DNA of 64,000 nucleotides, taken from contig JAJPRE010000005.1 of NCBI GenBank assembly GCA_023700245.1, positions 7,106-71,105 on the forward strand, in the 5' to 3' direction. This DNA is from Candidatus Thalassarchaeaceae archaeon (GTDB lineage: Archaea > Thermoplasmatota > Poseidoniia > Poseidoniales > Thalassarchaeaceae). Position 1 is the stretch's first letter. Each line of letters begins with the position of its first letter. Position numbers and translations under genes: made by a program. Below are positions 6,795 to 16,540 of this stretch, piece by piece. The notes beneath the pieces are model-generated. The model ran no database searches. It was given only the letters and a program-made list of their open reading frames with translations, and had not been told where the DNA came from.

Positions 6795-9700
6795 TCATTC
6801 CAAATGTATTCTCTTTGATCGGAACTTAGCAATTTTAGTTTTTTGCCAATTAACCAATCTAAATAACATTAATATTAAGAAAATCGATATTAATGTTATT
6901 AATAAATATACATCCTGATTAAATGGCCTAGTTGGATCATATGGATGAGAATCTTGAGTATCTGGAATGTTGTCTCCATCATCATCAATATCCAATAGGT
7001 TAATTTCTCCATCATTATCTAAATCCAAGAAGTCAATTGACGAGAATTCAGGAATTTCTAACTCTTCTTCTTCCACGATATTTAGATTTGGATCCGGTAT
7101 ACATCCAATTATATTTCCAATTGCAAGTAAATGAGTAATGTCAACATATGAAGAATTCAATCCTGGTTCAAAAATACAACCATCGGAATTATCTCCTACA
7201 GAATCTCCATCAGAATCCATCCATTCCAAGGGATCATTGTCGAAAAGGTCAAAGTTGTCTCCTTTATTATCTCCATCTAAATCGCTCCATTCATTTGGAT
7301 CTAATTCAAAAGAATCATTAGAATCCTCATAGCCATCATTGTCATCATCTTTATCTAAATTATTACCTTGTGTATCTCCATCTGTATCTATATATTCAGA
7401 AGGATCAAGTGGGAACTCGTCCCCTAACAAATTACAATATTCTAAAGTAATTATATATACTGGATGGCCATTAGATAAATTGACAAAGTCTGATGGATAA
7501 ATTAGTGGATATGAGGATGGTAGATAGTTTAAAACAGAAGGATGCATTAAAGGAACTTCTTCGCCCATTGATGTTAAAATACTAAGACTACCAATATTGT
7601 GATTACTGCCATAATTATTATTTGATGAATCAACAAAGGATGTCCCAGTATTAGTATCACATACGCCATCACCATCATCATCTGCATCGAAATTATCGCC
7701 TAATTGATCCCCGTCATAATCAGACCATTCAAATTTATTAGAAGAAAATGTATCAAAGTTATCTGTTCTTCCATCATTATCATCATCCTGATCAGTATTA
7801 TCTCCAATACCATCTGAATCGGTGTCACTCCACTCAGTCCTATCTAAGGGAAAAGCATCCATAATTATTACTTGATAGACTATATTGCCATTTGAATCTA
7901 AAGTTTGTAAGGTATAAGTATCATTTACTCCGTCATTATCATCATCCGGGTCAATATTATCTGGAATTTGATCACTATCGGTGTCTGCAGAAACATTCGG
8001 ATCCAATGGATCAAAATCGATTACATCTGGTACTCCATCGTTATCATCATCTAAATCATTGATATCTACGATCGAATCTCCATCCGTATCCAATATACAG
8101 TCATTAAGAGAATTCGAAGCTGTTCGAATTGTAGATTTTAATTCTGGACATGCAATTTGATCCATTGCCATCACAGTTTCAACATAATATCCAAGTGAAG
8201 CCTCTGCACAACTTGCTAAACCTCTGATATTAGAATAATGTCCTATCTTACAAGGGGACTGATCTAGTGAAGAAGAATTTGGAGCATCGTAACCCTTGGC
8301 TGCAAGCGAACAAGATGTTTGACCAGAAGAGGGCTGATAAGTACCTGGATTACAGGGAGTTTGGAAACCTGAACCATGATTGAGATCTATATTTTCAGGA
8401 GCATTGTTATCCACAATATTTCCATTGCCTAATTGCCCATTAGAGTTATATCCCCAGCAATACAAAGTTGCATCATCCAATATTGCACAAGAATGTCTTT
8501 GCCCTACTGAAATTGATAATGCTGAACGACCAATAGGAATATCAACTTCATCGGCAATTATCCTATTATCATTAGTTCCATCTCCAAGTTGACCTTTTGC
8601 ATTATCTCCCCAGCAAATTACATTACCACCATCTAAAACTGAACAGGTATGATGGAATCCGGACTCTACAATAGATGGTATTTGATTTTCAGAGAGGGGG
8701 ACTGGATTTGGAAGATTGAAATTATCATAATTTCCATTACCTAGTTGGCCTCCTGAATTAAAGCCCCAGCAATACAATGAATTGTTAATCATAATTGAAC
8801 AAGTATGAAATGCTCCACTACTTATTGATCTAGATTGATATTGACTTCCTAATGACTTAGGAGTTAATTGCCTATCATTACTACCATCTCCAAGTTGACC
8901 ATGCCAATTATCGCCCCAACATTCAATTGAAGAGTTAATCAATATTGCACATGTGTGATATGATCCAGCAGATAATGAAATAACATCAGAGCCATCGAAT
9001 AAAATTTTAGTTGGAATATTCCTATCTGAAGTAGAGCCGTCTCCTAACTGCCCATTGGCATTTCCTCCCCAGCATTTTACAGAATTATCATCAAGAATTG
9101 AACATGTGTGCGTTTGCCCTAAAGTAATGCTTGATGCAGATCTACCATTGCCAAGTTTGACTAATGTGGGAGCCGTTCTTTCAACTGTCGTACCATCTCC
9201 CAATTGGCCTTGGGAATTGTCCCCCCAGCACCTAAGAGATCCATCATCAAAAATTGCACATGAATGTGCTAAGCCGGTAGATACAGATATTGCAATACGT
9301 CCTAATGGAGTATTTACTACAGTTGGGGTCAATTTATCATCTCTTGAACCATCTCCTAATTGTCCATTACCATTACTCCCCCAGCAACGTATAGCCCCAT
9401 CATCCAAAATTGCACAGGAATGTAAATTACCAGCGTTTACATCTGTTAAGATAGGGACATTGAACCCTGGGTCTGAACCGATGCAATCTGTTGGTGAATT
9501 TGAGCCAGTTAAAGGATTATATGTCCCTCCTGAGCATGCAATTTGTGCACTTGAACCAATTGAACTAACATAATAACCGGCATTGGCATCATCACATTTA
9601 TCCATCCCGGATAATTTTTGAAATGTACCTATTGAGCAAGGAGATTGAGAAGTTGCGCCATTTGTATCTACATAATTTCCTGGACTTGCAGGTACCTTAA

Positions 9701-12700
9701 TCAAACTTCCAGGGGTATCGACATAGAAGCCAACAGTAGCTTCTTGGCAATAATAGCGACCATATTCTCCTATTCCACAAGTGACTGCAATCGCAGGATT
9801 GTTATCATCGGAATCTGAGCCTGAAGGATAACCGTCACCATCAGCATCAGATGCTATATGTGTGTCAAAAATATTTAGAATTGAATCGTCATCTAAGTCC
9901 CTTTCTGCAGCATTTATGTATGACCACCTAGGCAAAGTAACATCTGTTGGAGATGATCCGATATCAAGAGATTGGATATCTCCTAAGCCCCAACATCGCA
10001 ACATATCATTACTTGTGGAAGAACAGGTGTAATGGCCCCCTGAAGAAACGCTTATTGGAAATTTACCGCCTGTGAAGGAGATAGCCGAAGGAGTATTTTG
10101 ACTACTATCAGTACCATCTCCTAGTTGTGAAAATGAGTTGTCCCCCCAGCATTTTAAAATATTTGTTGTATCCAAAACACAAGAATGAGAATTACCAAGA
10201 GATACTGAAGAAATTCCTGAAACTATATTTGAAATTGGAGAGTTTGAGTTTACATTTGTACCATCACCTAGTTGTCCTTCCGAATTACTACCCCAACAGC
10301 TTAGAGTAGTGTCACTAAGAATTGTGCAAGTATGCATATAACCAGTTGAAACGGCTACTGGAGTAGTAGATAGTGAGACTATAGTTGGAGTATATCTATC
10401 AGAAGTTGAAGAGTCCCCTAACTGGCCATGAGAGTTATCGCCCCAACACTTTAGATTGGGAGTATTTGTAATAGCGCAAGTATGACTTCCTCCCGTTGAA
10501 ATGGCTAATACTAAATCGGATCCCAAATCTACGGATGATGGATAATAGACAGAATTTGTAGTACCATCGCCTAACTGTCCATCAGAATTATCTCCCCAGC
10601 ATTTTAAATTAGCAGTTGCAAGTACAACACAAGTGTGATATGAACCAGCAGAAATAGTGACAGGAACATCAGAACCCAAATCAATATCCAAAGGAATTGA
10701 TGAGTCCAGTACTGAACCATCGCCCAACTGGCCTTGGGAATTACTTCCCCAACATTTTAGACTAGCATCATCCAATATTGCACAAGTATGAGAATTTCCA
10801 GAGGAAATTGAAACAGCAGTACGGCCGATGCCGAAATTCACAGGAGTCATAGTTTGTCTATCTGTAGTAGTTCCATCTCCCAATTGTCCTTCAGAATTGT
10901 CTCCCCAACAATTTACGGATGAGTCATCCAATATTGCACAAAAGTGACCATTGCCAGTTGAAAGTGTTGTTTCGGTAAATATGGAACCTTCTTGGAAACC
11001 AGGATCATTGAGGCTTCCCGAAACTGGTTGACTCATGTCAGTTAACATATAATTATCACTTACTGCTATTGCAAATTTTTGAGGACCTTCCGGAACGTTT
11101 GTCCCGGATACTATTATTTCCCAATCTCCTGCATCCGGACTATCTACTGATAGTCCTAGTAAATTATTAATATTTCCAGTTTTTTGACCATATATATTTC
11201 CGGAAGGATCTTTTAGCGTCATATCAAGATCATTGACTAGGCATTGTGTAGAACAGGAAGATACGCTGATATTATGTGAGTCAGTCCATGAAAGAATAAC
11301 ATCAAAAGAAGGAGTTCCGACAGGAATTGAGAGCCTGATTGACTTACTTTCGGAAGTTGCAATTTCTAATTGATCCAAAAAGGAGCTAGATATTGCATCT
11401 TGAACATTTATTCTTCCCCATCCTTCATGGTTATTTGGAGTTGTTTGAGCAGCGCCATTGGAGCCCCCATACTGACCTTCCATATCTACACTAGTGGCAC
11501 TAAAAATACCTTTTATAAGGGCTGAGCTTGGAGTTAAATAACCAGCATTATTCAAGTTTTCAATTAGCAGGGCAGCAGCACCCGCAGCCAAGGGAGTAGC
11601 CATTGAAGTCCCCGATTTATATGTGTAATCAGACCATTCTTCAGGATTACCGTCTCCATTCATATCAATATTTACCGGATTACCATCAGATTCACTTGAT
11701 AAAACAGAAACTACACGAGTTCCTGGGGCCACTAAATCAGGCTTTATTCTGCCATCTTGAGTTGGGCCCCTGTTGGAATTACACCAAACTCCATCAATAT
11801 TATTAGCTTCGTAATCTGAAGCAATAGGTTCAACGGGAAATTTGATTATGGTTCGCTGTCCATTCCCATCCTTTTCGAGATACAGATCACAAGTAATCAT
11901 GCTAGAAGGGCGATTATTTTCTGATGCACCAATAGAAAATCCATTTTTTGTTACTGCTTGGGGTTGTATCCAAGAAGTATCGATTTCTCCATCTGCATTA
12001 TAATCATTACCTTCATTCCCTAAAGCAAATAATATTACAAGATCTTCATAAGTATATGCTGCTTGATCTATTTGTTTTGAATACGAGGTATAATAGTTAG
12101 GACTCAAAGTTTCGGGGTCCGTGCCCCAAGAATTTGTTTGCACTCTAACGCCTGCTTCATAGGCCGGAGTTGCTATTCCTGATACAAAATTTGAAGGAGA
12201 ATAGAGGCCTGCAGGTCCACAAGGTCCTAATTCATCCATTGCATAAAACCATAATTCCGATTCATATGCCATACCTTTGAAAAATCCTCCAGAATTTGAG
12301 CCATCGCCTACTGCAGAGCCAGCAACATGAGTGCCGTGACCATTGATGTCTGCAGGATCGTCGTCGTCGCAACCCCTGCTTGCAGGCGCATTGGAGCCGG
12401 TTATGATAGTCTTTATTCTACCAGAGAAATCAGAGTTGATAGTGGGATTATTGACATTGCATGATGAAATTGAAGTACATAAGTTAGCATTATCAAGGCC
12501 TGAATCAGCAACTCCTATTATTACTCCATCTCCTGTAAGTACATTGCCAGACCCGCCCATGTAAGAAGCATCCCAAACATGATCTATGCCAAGAATTTCG
12601 GCAGCTTTATCATCAAATAGTCGTGCTGGATATTTTGGTTCCATCCACTCAACGTACTCCTGATTAGATAGCCAAAGTATTTCCTTCTCATCCACAACGA

Positions 12701-13364
12701 CTTCCGCATAAATATCTTCAAGCATCATCAAATTGATGCCATGCCCCAATAAATTATGACCTTCTTCGGGCCCGGAAAGAATAATATTAATAACAAATTT
12801 TCCCCCCTCTTTCATACTCCCATAATCTTCACCATTCATTATTGGGACCAAATCAGGGGCTAGTTTGTCAATCACATCAAGTTGAAAAGATCCGATGACC
12901 CCCAAATCTGCAAGCTCATAAGGAGATTTCTGACTGACATGACAATGGAATCCTTGAGGTGGCAAGTAAGAGTAGCATGCGATTCCTGAATCTGCCAAAC
13001 TTTCTTTCCAATTCGATGGGACTGGATAATCGTGAGCAAGCACATACCAACCATCCATAATATTTTGATTTGTAATTTTAGACCAGTCATTTATTGGCAC
13101 ATAATTAGCAGTCCTATAGAATAGGTAAGCCTCACCAATGTTATTTTTATCCTCCCAGCCATGAGAACTGTCCGATAAATCAGGAGATATTAAGAAATTA
13201 CCTTTATCATCATATTTTACAGAAATATCGGAGAGTGATTGTTGATGATTTGAAGAGTCCTTCATTGGATATTCAGATGCAGCCACGGTAAGTACCGTAG
13301 GTAAAAGAATTAACAATACAAGGGTCAAAGATATCGGAGTACTTGCCCTGCTCCCTCTACCCAT
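6795..13364 (-). CDS. Giant anchored surface protein: signal peptide, S8 subtilase, two 7-repeat RCC1-like propellers, Cys-rich ephrin-receptor-like modules, thrombospondin type-3-like Ca-binding repeats and a C-terminal TM helix
   Basis: Catalytic triad motifs VADSGLD, HGTHVAG and GTSMATP. Fourteen CWG(D/S)N..GQLGDG repeats. Many DxDxDGxxDxxDxDDDNDG repeats. C-terminal hydrophobic segment YLLITLISIFLILMLF. The ORF runs to 13436, but the ATG at 13364 gives a canonical signal peptide (MGRGSRASTPISLTLVLLILLP...). Confidence 0.9.
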   Translation of the reverse strand: MGRGSRASTPISLTLVLLILLPTVLTVAASEYPMKDSSNHQQSLSDISVKYDDKGNFLISPDLSDSSHGWEDKNNIGEAYLFYRTANYVPINDWSKITNQNIMDGWYVLAHDYPVPSNWKESLADSGIACYSYLPPQGFHCHVSQKSPYELADLGVIGSFQLDVIDKLAPDLVPIMNGEDYGSMKEGGKFVINIILSGPEEGHNLLGHGINLMMLEDIYAEVVVDEKEILWLSNQEYVEWMEPKYPARLFDDKAAEILGIDHVWDASYMGGSGNVLTGDGVIIGVADSGLDNANLCTSISSCNVNNPTINSDFSGRIKTIITGSNAPASRGCDDDDPADINGHGTHVAGSAVGDGSNSGGFFKGMAYESELWFYAMDELGPCGPAGLYSPSNFVSGIATPAYEAGVRVQTNSWGTDPETLSPNYYTSYSKQIDQAAYTYEDLVILFALGNEGNDYNADGEIDTSWIQPQAVTKNGFSIGASENNRPSSMITCDLYLEKDGNGQRTIIKFPVEPIASDYEANNIDGVWCNSNRGPTQDGRIKPDLVAPGTRVVSVLSSESDGNPVNIDMNGDGNPEEWSDYTYKSGTSMATPLAAGAAALLIENLNNAGYLTPSSALIKGIFSATSVDMEGQYGGSNGAAQTTPNNHEGWGRINVQDAISSSFLDQLEIATSESKSIRLSIPVGTPSFDVILSWTDSHNISVSSCSTQCLVNDLDMTLKDPSGNIYGQKTGNINNLLGLSVDSPDAGDWEIIVSGTNVPEGPQKFAIAVSDNYMLTDMSQPVSGSLNDPGFQEGSIFTETTLSTGNGHFCAILDDSSVNCWGDNSEGQLGDGTTTDRQTMTPVNFGIGRTAVSISSGNSHTCAILDDASLKCWGSNSQGQLGDGSVLDSSIPLDIDLGSDVPVTISAGSYHTCVVLATANLKCWGDNSDGQLGDGTTNSVYYPSSVDLGSDLVLAISTGGSHTCAITNTPNLKCWGDNSHGQLGDSSTSDRYTPTIVSLSTTPVAVSTGYMHTCTILSDTTLSCWGSNSEGQLGDGTNVNSNSPISNIVSGISSVSLGNSHSCVLDTTNILKCWGDNSFSQLGDGTDSSQNTPSAISFTGGKFPISVSSGGHYTCSSTSNDMLRCWGLGDIQSLDIGSSPTDVTLPRWSYINAAERDLDDDSILNIFDTHIASDADGDGYPSGSDSDDNNPAIAVTCGIGEYGRYYCQEATVGFYVDTPGSLIKVPASPGNYVDTNGATSQSPCSIGTFQKLSGMDKCDDANAGYYVSSIGSSAQIACSGGTYNPLTGSNSPTDCIGSDPGFNVPILTDVNAGNLHSCAILDDGAIRCWGSNGNGQLGDGSRDDKLTPTVVNTPLGRIAISVSTGLAHSCAIFDDGSLRCWGDNSQGQLGDGTTVERTAPTLVKLGNGRSASSITLGQTHTCSILDDNSVKCWGGNANGQLGDGSTSDRNIPTKILFDGSDVISLSAGSYHTCAILINSSIECWGDNWHGQLGDGSNDRQLTPKSLGSQYQSRSISSGAFHTCSIMINNSLYCWGFNSGGQLGNGNYDNFNLPNPVPLSENQIPSIVESGFHHTCSVLDGGNVICWGDNAKGQLGDGTNDNRIIADEVDIPIGRSALSISVGQRHSCAILDDATLYCWGYNSNGQLGNGNIVDNNAPENIDLNHGSGFQTPCNPGTYQPSSGQTSCSLAAKGYDAPNSSSLDQSPCKIGHYSNIRGLASCAEASLGYYVETVMAMDQIACPELKSTIRTASNSLNDCILDTDGDSIVDINDLDDDNDGVPDVIDFDPLDPNVSADTDSDQIPDNIDPDDDNDGVNDTYTLQTLDSNGNIVYQVIIMDAFPLDRTEWSDTDSDGIGDNTDQDDDNDGRTDNFDTFSSNKFEWSDYDGDQLGDNFDADDDGDGVCDTNTGTSFVDSSNNNYGSNHNIGSLSILTSMGEEVPLMHPSVLNYLPSSYPLIYPSDFVNLSNGHPVYIITLEYCNLLGDEFPLDPSEYIDTDGDTQGNNLDKDDDNDGYEDSNDSFELDPNEWSDLDGDNKGDNFDLFDNDPLEWMDSDGDSVGDNSDGCIFEPGLNSSYVDITHLLAIGNIIGCIPDPNLNIVEEEELEIPEFSSIDFLDLDNDGEINLLDIDDDGDNIPDTQDSHPYDPTRPFNQDVYLLITLISIFLILMLFRLVNWQKTKIAKFRSKRIHLE
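6942..8090 (-). repeat. Acidic Asp-rich calcium-binding repeats (thrombospondin type-3-like)
   Basis: Repeated DTDGD/DSDGIGDN/DDDNDG motifs at aa ~1783-2165. Confidence 0.75.
8421..9440 (-). repeat. RCC1-like repeat array 2 (7 repeats of ~51 aa)
   Basis: CWG motifs at aa 1351, 1403, 1455, 1506, 1556, 1609 and 1660. Confidence 0.85.
9981..10961 (-). repeat. RCC1-like repeat array 1 (7 repeats of ~51 aa)
   Basis: CWG motifs at aa 843, 895, 946, 997, 1047, 1096 and 1148 of the 2213-aa ORF. Confidence 0.85.
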
Positions 13365-13500
13365 GTTTAATGTACGTAGTAGGAAGGGCATTAAAACTAC
13401 TGATTGATTTATGTTTTTATAAGTATAATTATGCATCTTTAACTATAAAATATTAATATGCAGGGAACAGGAATATAGGCCATGACTTCTTGGGTTAAAT

Positions 13501-15624
13501 ATGAAGGGAGAGAAGATTCCGGCAATGGAAAATAATCTCCAAAATTCAGAAGAGGATTCTTTGGATAAAGAATTGGAAAAAATAAGAAATAGGAGATTAA
13601 ATGCCGACAAAACATTTCTTGTTAATACCCTCATACCTAGAAAAAGCGATGACTATACATTGATTTTTGGAGTAATATGTGGTGCAATATTCTTCGGAGG
13701 GATATTCATAACATCTTCGGGCTTAATAACTCCAGATTCAATCATGGTTGATAATAGTATATCAGGGACTTTCTTGGACTCAGAAGACTGCACAGATAGA
13801 AGATACGAAGTATACTTCGACATATTTGCAATTGATGAAAATATAAGAATTAAAAGCCATCATGTAAATGAAGAATTAACATCAATTATGATAGTTGATT
13901 TTTCAAGTAAAGACGACATAAATAATACATTAGAATATGTTTTCGGGGGTATGGGCGATCTAGAGAATACATTTGATTCCAAAAATATAAATGATGGACA
14001 TTATGAGATAATTGTCAATATTTATATCTATGATGAAGAAGTAAATCTATCACATTTATCGGAAGATATTTTATTAAAATACATAGAAAATGGCACTTAT
14101 ATTGACAATATTAGTAAAATTGTCGACCTACATATGGAGAGTAGAATCACTAATGAAATTCCCATTCTTAAAATCATAAGTTTTGGAAATTGGGGGAATT
14201 CTGAACTTCAAAAAATTCCAGAAATAAGTGACGATGAGCCTCGGGCATGTATGTCGATCCAAGAATTGGGCATTTGGGGCTGGGCGTTAATGGGATTAGA
14301 ATGGGCTGGAGGAAGAGAGACAGCAATGTTGACTGGCGGTAGTGCAGGAGTCCCTCCTTGGTGGCTAGCTTCGGTTTCACTTGGAATGTCAATATTCTTT
14401 CTATGCGTTCAATATCCGTTAATGCATAGGCTATATCATAGAGAAGTTGATGATTTATTATCAACAAGGCAAATGAAGAGGATGTTGCAAAAGGTTTTAC
14501 AAAAATCTTCTAATGAATTAAGAATTAACTTCGATTTAAATGATTTTAAAATACAAGATAGACCACTTTCAGTAGATGCATTGGTACATTACAAAACTAC
14601 AAGCAAGACAATAGCAAGTCCGATGGAAGTAAAGACTAGGATGATTACGGATATTTTAGAAGAGTTTGCAATATTTGGTGAAATGAGGCCGATTCAATTG
14701 AAATCATTATGTACGGACATAAAAGATTCAAAAGTTTCCAATATAGTAATTAATTCTCAACTAATAATTGATGATTTTGGCCAAATACCGTTATCTGAAG
14801 ATTATTCAGAATTTTTCGGATCGGTAAGTAAATTCGGCAAGTTAGAGGAAGAATTTAGGGGCGTGATGAAAAAATGGTTAAGACAAAATCATCTTGTAGA
14901 TTATGGATCAGCAATAATGTCTGACGAAGATTCCGTATTTGTCAGAGTAATCTATCAACCTGCACAAAGATTTGCTTACTTTTCATTCAAATCCAACTAT
15001 AATGAATTACAAAATAATCTTGAAAGCAAGTTAAAATTTAAATTGCAAGATCATATAGGAAATAGGACATTAATAGTGAGTGCAAGAAATGAGAAGTCGA
15101 CACTAGCGGACTATGCGAATCCCGGAAGAGTTGAGCAAGGAACAGCTGAATTATCGGGAGAGGCGATGGTTGCCAAGAGGGGAGGCATCCCGGGAGCATT
15201 GTTGCAAAATCCATTCATGGGAGATATTCTTTCTTCTGTCGAATATGTGGCACTAAAGAACCGAAAGAGAATTGATAAATATGGATTTTGGGGGCTTATA
15301 GTATTCGTTTGGATACCATTCATGGCCAGCGGAGTTCTAGTTGGTGCAATGTTAGGATTGGTGGCTAGAATGAGATTTGAGCGAGTTTTGGCTGCTTGCC
15401 TACTCGGAGGATCAGCGGCATCAATAACTTGGGCATATAGTGCAAAAGGAATAATAGAATTCATGGAAAAATATCATGCTGAAGCATTTATTCCATTCCT
15501 GATATTCTTAGTTTTTGCATTTACAATAATTCACCTTAGAAATAATAAAAGACGAAGAAGAGAGGAATTATTTAGAGATTCAATGGCATTTTTCTCTGGT
15601 TCATATCCAACTACGGATAAGTAA
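13501..15624 (+). CDS. Multi-pass membrane protein, unknown function; C-terminus resembles the small multidrug export (COG2426) family
   Basis: N-terminal TM helix, an exposed ~200-aa domain, a hydrophobic block (aa ~250-320), a ~270-aa soluble insert, and C-terminal TM helices with IPFMASGVLVGAMLGL. Divergent from the giant protease gene. Confidence 0.65.
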   Translation: MKGEKIPAMENNLQNSEEDSLDKELEKIRNRRLNADKTFLVNTLIPRKSDDYTLIFGVICGAIFFGGIFITSSGLITPDSIMVDNSISGTFLDSEDCTDRRYEVYFDIFAIDENIRIKSHHVNEELTSIMIVDFSSKDDINNTLEYVFGGMGDLENTFDSKNINDGHYEIIVNIYIYDEEVNLSHLSEDILLKYIENGTYIDNISKIVDLHMESRITNEIPILKIISFGNWGNSELQKIPEISDDEPRACMSIQELGIWGWALMGLEWAGGRETAMLTGGSAGVPPWWLASVSLGMSIFFLCVQYPLMHRLYHREVDDLLSTRQMKRMLQKVLQKSSNELRINFDLNDFKIQDRPLSVDALVHYKTTSKTIASPMEVKTRMITDILEEFAIFGEMRPIQLKSLCTDIKDSKVSNIVINSQLIIDDFGQIPLSEDYSEFFGSVSKFGKLEEEFRGVMKKWLRQNHLVDYGSAIMSDEDSVFVRVIYQPAQRFAYFSFKSNYNELQNNLESKLKFKLQDHIGNRTLIVSARNEKSTLADYANPGRVEQGTAELSGEAMVAKRGGIPGALLQNPFMGDILSSVEYVALKNRKRIDKYGFWGLIVFVWIPFMASGVLVGAMLGLVARMRFERVLAACLLGGSAASITWAYSAKGIIEFMEKYHAEAFIPFLIFLVFAFTIIHLRNNKRRRREELFRDSMAFFSGSYPTTDK

Positions 15625-15699
15625 TAATAAAAAATAAATTATATTAATAAAATAAATATTTTTGAGAATATTAGGAATCTCTTACAATGAGGAAAAAAT

Positions 15700-16479
15700 A
15701 TGAGAATAGTGACATGGAATTTGAATGGTATAAGGGCTGCTCATCGTAAAGGGCTTGATGATTTCATAGAGAAGATCGATAGTGATATTTGGCTATTCCA
15801 AGAAGTTAGAGCATTGCCTGAACAAATGCCTGATGATTGGAATCCTCCGGAAAAACATGAAATAATTTGGCATCCTGCCCAAAAAAAGGGATATTCAGGA
15901 GTCTCTACATGGTCAAGGATAGGAATTTCAGATGAGGGACGTGGAATAAAAACTAATGTAGATCCTGATGATTCAGAAGGAAGAGTGCTGCACACAAAAC
16001 ATGGCAGTTTACATTGCATCAACATATATCTTCCTAATGGTGGCGCCAATATTGAAAGGCAGAAATTCAAGGATAAATGGTTAGAAGATTTACTTATCTG
16101 GGCTAAGAAATTCATAGATATCAAAGAGCCAGTAATTATATGTGGTGATCTCAATATCGCGCATATGGAAAATGATATTTGGAATCCCTCTGGTAATAAA
16201 AATACATCAGGATTTCTAATGCATGAGAGAGAATGGTTTACTAGATTTCTATCCTCAGGTTGGCATGATTTGTTAAGAATCAAATTTGGCAAAATAAAAG
16301 GACCATATTCTTGGTGGTCTAACCGTGGACAAGCAAGAGCATTAAACAGGGGTTGGCGAATTGATTACGTGCTTGCTAATGCAGCGGCCCTGGAGATTTT
16401 TGAAGATATAGAAATATTAAGGGAGGGCGGCTTGATTGTCTCTGATCATGCTCCACTAATTGTTGATTTAAGATTATAG
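15700..16479 (+). CDS. xth: Exodeoxyribonuclease III / AP endonuclease
   Basis: MRIVTWNLNGIRAA, LFQEV, GDLNIAH and SDHAP motifs. GAGG ribosome-binding site upstream. Confidence 0.9.
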   Translation: MRIVTWNLNGIRAAHRKGLDDFIEKIDSDIWLFQEVRALPEQMPDDWNPPEKHEIIWHPAQKKGYSGVSTWSRIGISDEGRGIKTNVDPDDSEGRVLHTKHGSLHCINIYLPNGGANIERQKFKDKWLEDLLIWAKKFIDIKEPVIICGDLNIAHMENDIWNPSGNKNTSGFLMHEREWFTRFLSSGWHDLLRIKFGKIKGPYSWWSNRGQARALNRGWRIDYVLANAAALEIFEDIEILREGGLIVSDHAPLIVDLRL

Positions 16480-16540
16480 AAATATTGAATAATAAAAATT
16501 AAATTTAAAAACGATACTTTTCAAGAAAGAACCCTTTCCA

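Noticed and set aside
6718-6918. 66-aa plus-strand ORF.
   Set aside because: It starts inside the tRNA-Leu gene and runs antisense into the 3' end of the giant protease gene, so it is spurious.
8380-10309. Several plus-strand ORFs (8380..8592, 9055..9573, 10127..10309) antisense to the giant gene.
   Set aside because: They are shadow ORFs of the RCC1 repeats, with repetitive Pro/Ser/Leu-rich translations. The minus-strand frame has strong domain motifs throughout.
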